Positions 56,728 through 62,052 of a stretch of DNA of 62,052 bases are shown one piece after another. The notes below the pieces were generated by a model. It was not told where the DNA came from. It saw only the letters and a program-made list of their open reading frames with translations, and made no database searches. Numbering within the stretch: the stretch's first letter is position 1; every line of letters begins with the position of its first letter. Both the position numbers and the translations under genes were made by a program. Source of the stretch: Harriotta raleighana (Eukaryota); the NCBI GenBank assembly GCA_050575255.1, contig JBNZDD010013691.1:1415961-1478012 (forward strand), read 5' to 3'.

Positions 56728-59700
56728 TAGGTTTCTAATGCCAATATAAAAGTGCCTGGTTATTCAGAAGGATGGGTTGTATTGCTCGTGTATAGGAGTT
56801 GTTTTTTTAGCACTTTGGGACATCCTCCCGACATGAAAGGCGCTATTCAAGTGTAATTTTGTTGTGTTGTTGTTGCTAATTTACTAGGGTGGGTTGTTTT
56901 GTCACATTTTCAATCCTTATGTCAGAAAGACAATAAACAATCCTGAAATGATTCAATCTCTCCTTTAGTGGTAAATCTCCCTTGTTATTAGAAGTGCTTT
57001 GAAATGGATCAAAGATGTGATAAGGCACTATATAAAATGGAAGGATTATTAATATTATTATTATTTTACTGAATTTATATTGTGTTTGTTAAATGGAAAA
57101 TATTACTTGTGTAAAGGCCATTATATAAAAGCAAGTTATTGTTGTTATTATTGCTGCTGCCTGCATCCTTACCTCCATCAAACAGACACCCATTACCCCA
57201 TTCTTCACTAGTCTTCACTGGCTCCCTGCCAAAGGATTTGAAATCCTCACCTAAAAATCCATCCTCTTCCTGGCACTTCCTTATTTCTCCAGCTGCCTTA
57301 CTCCTCCACCTTACCCCATTGTTCAATTAATTCCAACTTGTTGCTTGTCCATTGCTCTCTTTCTGCCACAATCAATAGCCATTTGTTAGTTTCAACGTCT
57401 GGAACTCCATCCTTCAACCACTTCATCTCACCCTCTCTCTTTTTGACGTGAAATCCCAGATCTTTTAACGTTCTTGTGGCCACCTCCCCTGTCACCCTTG
57501 CTCAGTGTCCAACCCCATCCCTTTGAATAACCGGACTATTTATATTGGCAGTATAAAACTACTTGAATTTATCTATTGACCTGGTAGATTATTGCAAAAT
57601 GTTTATCAAAGACAAGTTGGCAAATTGCTGAATTGAGTCTCAACTATGAAGCTGGTTCCTGAAGAAATGCAGAAAGATGGCTTCAGATTTTAGCTCTGAG
57701 ATGTTGCTCTACATGAAGAGCTCTATATGAATGCAATTTGTTGTCACAGTGAACACAGCTTTTGGAGTTTTTTATGTAATATGATTGGATCAATTATTTA
57801 TCTGCCTGAGATCACAGAACACTCTAATGTTTCCATAGATCCTGGAACACATCTGTTTAGATTTTGCCTGAAATATGGTGTTTTTGTATGAAAATAACAT
57901 TTCCTGTATTTAAATCAACAAAATCTATGCAATCTTCACATTGCGTGAGGCAAACTGCAGTTTCGACTGTCCTTGGTTCAATGGATAAACATCATTAAAA
58001 TGTTAAAAGCTAGTTTGGACATTTTTAGTTAGGAATGAACTCCTGAGCCAGTTACAAATACCCAACTTAATTTATGGAAACTTACAGGAGTATATGACGA
58101 AATTAAAGCTGTCTAAATTGGGTTCATTTAAAGTTTTTGAGATTGGGACGACACCCAAGTGAACTCTATTTATGCTAAGCTCGGACTCAGGGTTTGCAAA
58201 TGGAGATTCAGCACGACAGGAAGCTGGTGTCAGAATCTAAATGTGTCATTCAGAATTAACATCTCAAAGTGCAGCTTGCAGAATCAACTTTGAGTAGAGT
58301 TGACCTGATATAACCCCCCACCCTCACACCCACCATAACCTGGAAAGTCTATTTCCTGAATGAACTGAAACAGCGGAGGGCACTGGATAGCATATTAACA
58401 TAGACAAACATTTAGAAATGAACAGAATGTTATGTATGTTTGGGAGTTATATGGATTCCAGCTGTTCAGCTCTGCATCCTGAAAACTGCAGCAAGGCCAT
58501 ATAGGCTTTTTCTTCATATGTGCCAATGGAAGTGTGAACAGGCATTTCCTGTTGAAGAAACTTCCTGAGCCAGTACAACTGTGTAGGGAATTCATGCACT
58601 GCACAACATTCCTGTTCAAATTAAATTTTGTGCAACTTTAAATTCTAGCCTTTGATTGCATCACCACATTTAATATCTTACCAGGTTATTTGTTAAAGCT
58701 GTAAATGGTCACATTACACTATCTGGCAGCAGAGGATATAAGTCATCGTTGTAGCAACACACATTCAGATTCTGAGGTGATCTTGCATCAAAACTCTGCT
58801 CACCACAAAATAATACAGGAAATGTATACAGATTATATCTCAACTTGTGAGAACTAATTAATAGACAGCACTGTGGACAAAGGAAGTTAGTGTAATATAC
58901 AGCCCTGCGTGCTTTTCTACTAATAGAATGACCTTTTGATATACTGATACCAGCCTGACTCATTTGGTAGCATGCTCACCGCTGGGTTAGAAAGGTGTGT
59001 GATCAAGCACTACATCGGGAGGGTGATTTCAGTCAGTTTGGTTTATATAAACCTGTTGAAGTATTCGTCTGATACAAAGTACAGAATACCCAGAACATGC
59101 AGATATGTACATTAGGAGGCGGTTGCCATCAATATAACATAAGCATTCTCAAGATCCTTAAGCGGGCAAACTCTGTTGACGACCAGCATCAAACTCTCCC
59201 AATCTATTTACTACTATTACTACTTATAAATAATATAATTAGAAGTACAGTACTTACTGTTATTTACAATCCACTTAAAGCCTGTGATTCTAAGGCTTGC
59301 AAACCCCCTTCCCAATGTTGGGGGATATCATTTATTGAAAAATGCCCACCCCTTAGAATATACATTTGACTTGATTATGGCTTCCATAATTCTGACTTGA
59401 TTTAATGGAACTCAGTGGTTAGAGCACTCACCTTGCAAATGAGAGACTTGAATTCAATTCAGGGCTAGTTCAATTCCAGGGTGAAATGTTGGGCATACTC
59501 CACACGCCTGTTTACCTAGCAGTAAGTAGGAATCCGATTATTAGTCAATTGAGTGAAAGATTCAATGCAACCTTCACTCCTGACTACGATTCCCAAAGCT
59601 TCTTCTGAGTCCACATGTTTGATCAACATTTAGTACATCATGGAAGAACATCTATAGAATTATAGAAAGGGGGAAACTGACTCACTCTTATTACAATGCA

Positions 59701-59863
59701 GCAGTTAGAAATCACATTGCATCACTGTTTCCAAAACAGAAGGAATAACCATCAACAGCCCAATGAGTGTCATAACTCCTCTATATGTTCACTTTCCACA
59801 GACTGCGCAGAAATGTGCTCTCCTAGACTGCCACTGTTATAGGTCTAGTGCCACCGCCACTCG

Positions 59864-60250
59864 ATAATAATCCCTGCATTTGATATAGCGCTTTACACGT
59901 CTTCTAGACATCTCAACGCGCTTCACAAAATATACTGTAATGTGAATTGACTATAATAATAATCGTTGCATTTGATATAGTGCTTTTCACATCTTATCGA
60001 TGTCTCAAAGTGCTTCGCAGAATATACCTTAAAGTGAATTGTCTGTATATTTGTGGGCGAAATGCCGCAGCCAATTGTGCACAGCAGTGTCCCACAGTCG
60101 TGGATTGATAATGAACAATTTTTATTCTTGTGGTTTTTTGGGACGGATTATTATTAAGCGTGTGGAGTAAGGAATCTTGCCCAATGTTTCACCCTGCCGG
60201 GAGTCAAATCCAGGGTTTCTGCTTGTGAGACGAGTGCTCTAACCACTGAC
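59864..60250 (-). mobile_element. tRNA-derived SINE with duplicated 3' tail segment
   Basis: Tail ATAATAATC..TGCATTTGATATAG occurs twice (about 59864 and 59955). Confidence 0.8.
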
Positions 60251-60399
60251 GAGTGTTCTAACTTCACTCCTCCATATTGCTCCCTTCATGTAGGACAATG
60301 TCTTGGAATACTTCAGTGGGATTGAACAACAAGTTAGGATGAAAGATAAGGGGAAAGATAACCATAGTATAGTTGAAGCAGCAGGTTTTAAAGTGGGAT

Positions 60400-60660
60400 T
60401 CGAGTACAGATTAGAATATCTGTCCTTCAGATGAGAGTTTAAACCAAAGTTCTGTCTGCCTGTTCAGGCGGATATTAGAGATCCCAAGGCACTTTGCGAA
60501 AAGAGAAGGGAGTTTCTCCGGATGTCCTGCTCAATAAATCTCCCAAATAAAATAGGTTACCAACTCCATGGCAATTTGCATGAATGGTTTGGTCACTCAA
60601 TCCATGACTGTTCGTAGGACATTGCAGTGTGCAAATTGGCTGCCGGATTTTGCGCCGACA
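60400..60660 (+). mobile_element. Deu-domain SINE (DeuSINE/SacSINE-like)
   Basis: GATGAGAGTTTAAACCAAAG...GATCCCAAGGCACT...GGGAGTTTCTCCGGATGTCCTG matches the Deu-domain pattern as I recall it. Confidence 0.75.
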
Positions 60661-61679
60661 ACAACACAACAAAATTACATGTGTATAGCGCCTTTTGTGT
60701 CTGGAGGATGTCCCAAGGCGCTGGACAGTCTGTGTTTCAGACCTGAGCTGGGGTCAGGATCGGGTGGGTGAAGGGAAGGGAGGTGGGTGACCAATGGAAC
60801 CATTGAAGAGGAAGGTCTTTAGGAGGGACTTGAAGGAGGCTATGGAAGGGATTGCAGGATGGAATTCCAGAGGTTGGTGGCAGAGTGGCTGAAGGTTCTC
60901 CTGCCAATGGTGGGGTGGATGGGTCAAGTGATATGGAGCACTGAGTGGATGGAGGAGACAGGTTGATATGGGCTTAGGAGGTTGCAGAGGTAGAGTGGGC
61001 ACAGCTATTGGAGGACTTTAAGGGTGAGGGCCAGGATCTTGAATTGAATCCTCTGGATGTTGGGGAACCAATGGAGTTGGACAAGATGGGGGAAGATGTG
61101 ATGGACATAGGCAACAGAATTCTGGATGATCTGCAGATACACAATCACTCCACTTTAGAATATATCATATGAAGCACTTTGAAACGTCTCAACGACATTA
61201 TAGAAATTATAAAAGGATTATTATATATAGAGAGGGGGCAACGCGGAGGGTTAAAGCAAAGTTCCAGTAGTTGGGGGCACAATGACTGAAGACAATAACA
61301 ACAAATTACATTTGTATACTGCCTTTCATGTCAGGAGGAAGTCCCAAAGCGCTGAAGACAAAATAGTTATTCTTGTTACTAATGCTGTTGGACCCCATCA
61401 AAGCCCATAAAGTATTGTGTTAGATACGAGATTCAGCCCTCAGGGTACCCAGCAGTATTGTGTGCAGTACATACTGTTACAGTGGGAACCATCCCTGCTG
61501 ATATATCCATCATCAGTGATGAACATTACTGCCAATTAACTTATTTATAACTTACCCTAGAAATTAGAAACTGTGATTTGTTTTTTACCTACTCCTGCAG
61601 AAGCTGTGGATCTCATTTCAAGCACAGGAAATCCTTAACCGTTGACTATTAGACTTTCTGAATAGCTGCCATTTTTCAC

Positions 61680-61839
61680 TACAGTGCTCTCTTTTGAGCC
61701 TTTGGGTACAATTGTGTTGCTGCCACAGCACATTCATAGATTCATAGATTCATAGAATTTTANGTACAGTGCTCTCTTTTGAGCCTTTTGGTACAATTGT
61801 GTTGCTGCCACAGCACATTCATAGATTCATAGAATTTTA
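61680..61839. repeat. About 80-bp duplication across a single N (61763); probable assembly or haplotype artefact
   Basis: TACAGTGCTCTCTTTTGAGCC...CATAGAATTTTA repeated on either side of the N, with one substitution and 3 vs 2 TTCATAGA units. Confidence 0.8.
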
Positions 61840-62052
61840 CGGCACAAAAGGAGGCCATTCGGCCCATCTAGTCTGTGCCGGCTCTTTGAAAAGAGTGATT
61901 TAATCCCACTGCCCTGCTCGCTCCCCATAGCCTAATAGACCTGTTCTCCCTAAATAAAGATCTAATTCCCTTTTAAAAGTTGTTATCGAATCAGCCTCCA
62001 CCACCTTTTCAGGCAATGCATTCCAGATTCGAACAACTCGCTGAGTGAAAAA
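61818..62052 (-). mobile_element. Young CR1 LINE 3' end (same subfamily as 2161-2505), runs off the window
   Basis: Reverse complement matches 2260-2480 with about 4 mismatches by eye. Confidence 0.92.

Noticed and set aside
225-61002. The many 60-230 aa ORFs in the supplied track
   Set aside because: Apart from those overlapping MUSK exons, they are chance ORFs or decayed L2, CR1, SINE and hAT translations with no independent gene structure.
55411-62052. Remaining MuSK kinase exons (VAVKMLK, HRDLA, DFG)
   Set aside because: Not found by eye; they presumably lie downstream of the window, so their absence is not evidence of truncation.

Overview
Eukaryotic genomic DNA from a cartilaginous fish (inferred from the protein and the repeat landscape). 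The window holds the 5' part of one + strand gene, MUSK (muscle-specific receptor tyrosine kinase). I traced 15 constitutive coding exons by hand, from ATG 761 to 55410: 2009 nt, one open frame, all introns GT-AG and phase-compatible. They encode signal peptide, Ig1-Ig3, Frizzled-like CRD, kringle, TM, NPMY juxtamembrane motif and the kinase G-loop; the rest of the kinase lies beyond the window. The supplied ORF track misses most of this, including an obligatory 7-nt microexon, a 24-nt microexon and two candidate 30-nt cassette exons between Ig2 and Ig3. Introns are dense in tRNA-derived SINEs, Deu-domain SINEs, L2 and CR1 LINE ends, hAT and Tigger-type DNA elements, and four copies of a short repeat carrying a minimal hammerhead-ribozyme motif. 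Two single-N sites sit between tandem duplications and look like assembly artefacts; one duplicates exons 10-11. I found no clear evidence of a wholly new biological system. The best leads are the glycosylation-site cassette exons, a possible internal muscle promoter, and the ribozyme-bearing repeats. Repeat boundaries are approximate, and comparisons to human, Torpedo and zebrafish MuSK are from memory, not from a search.
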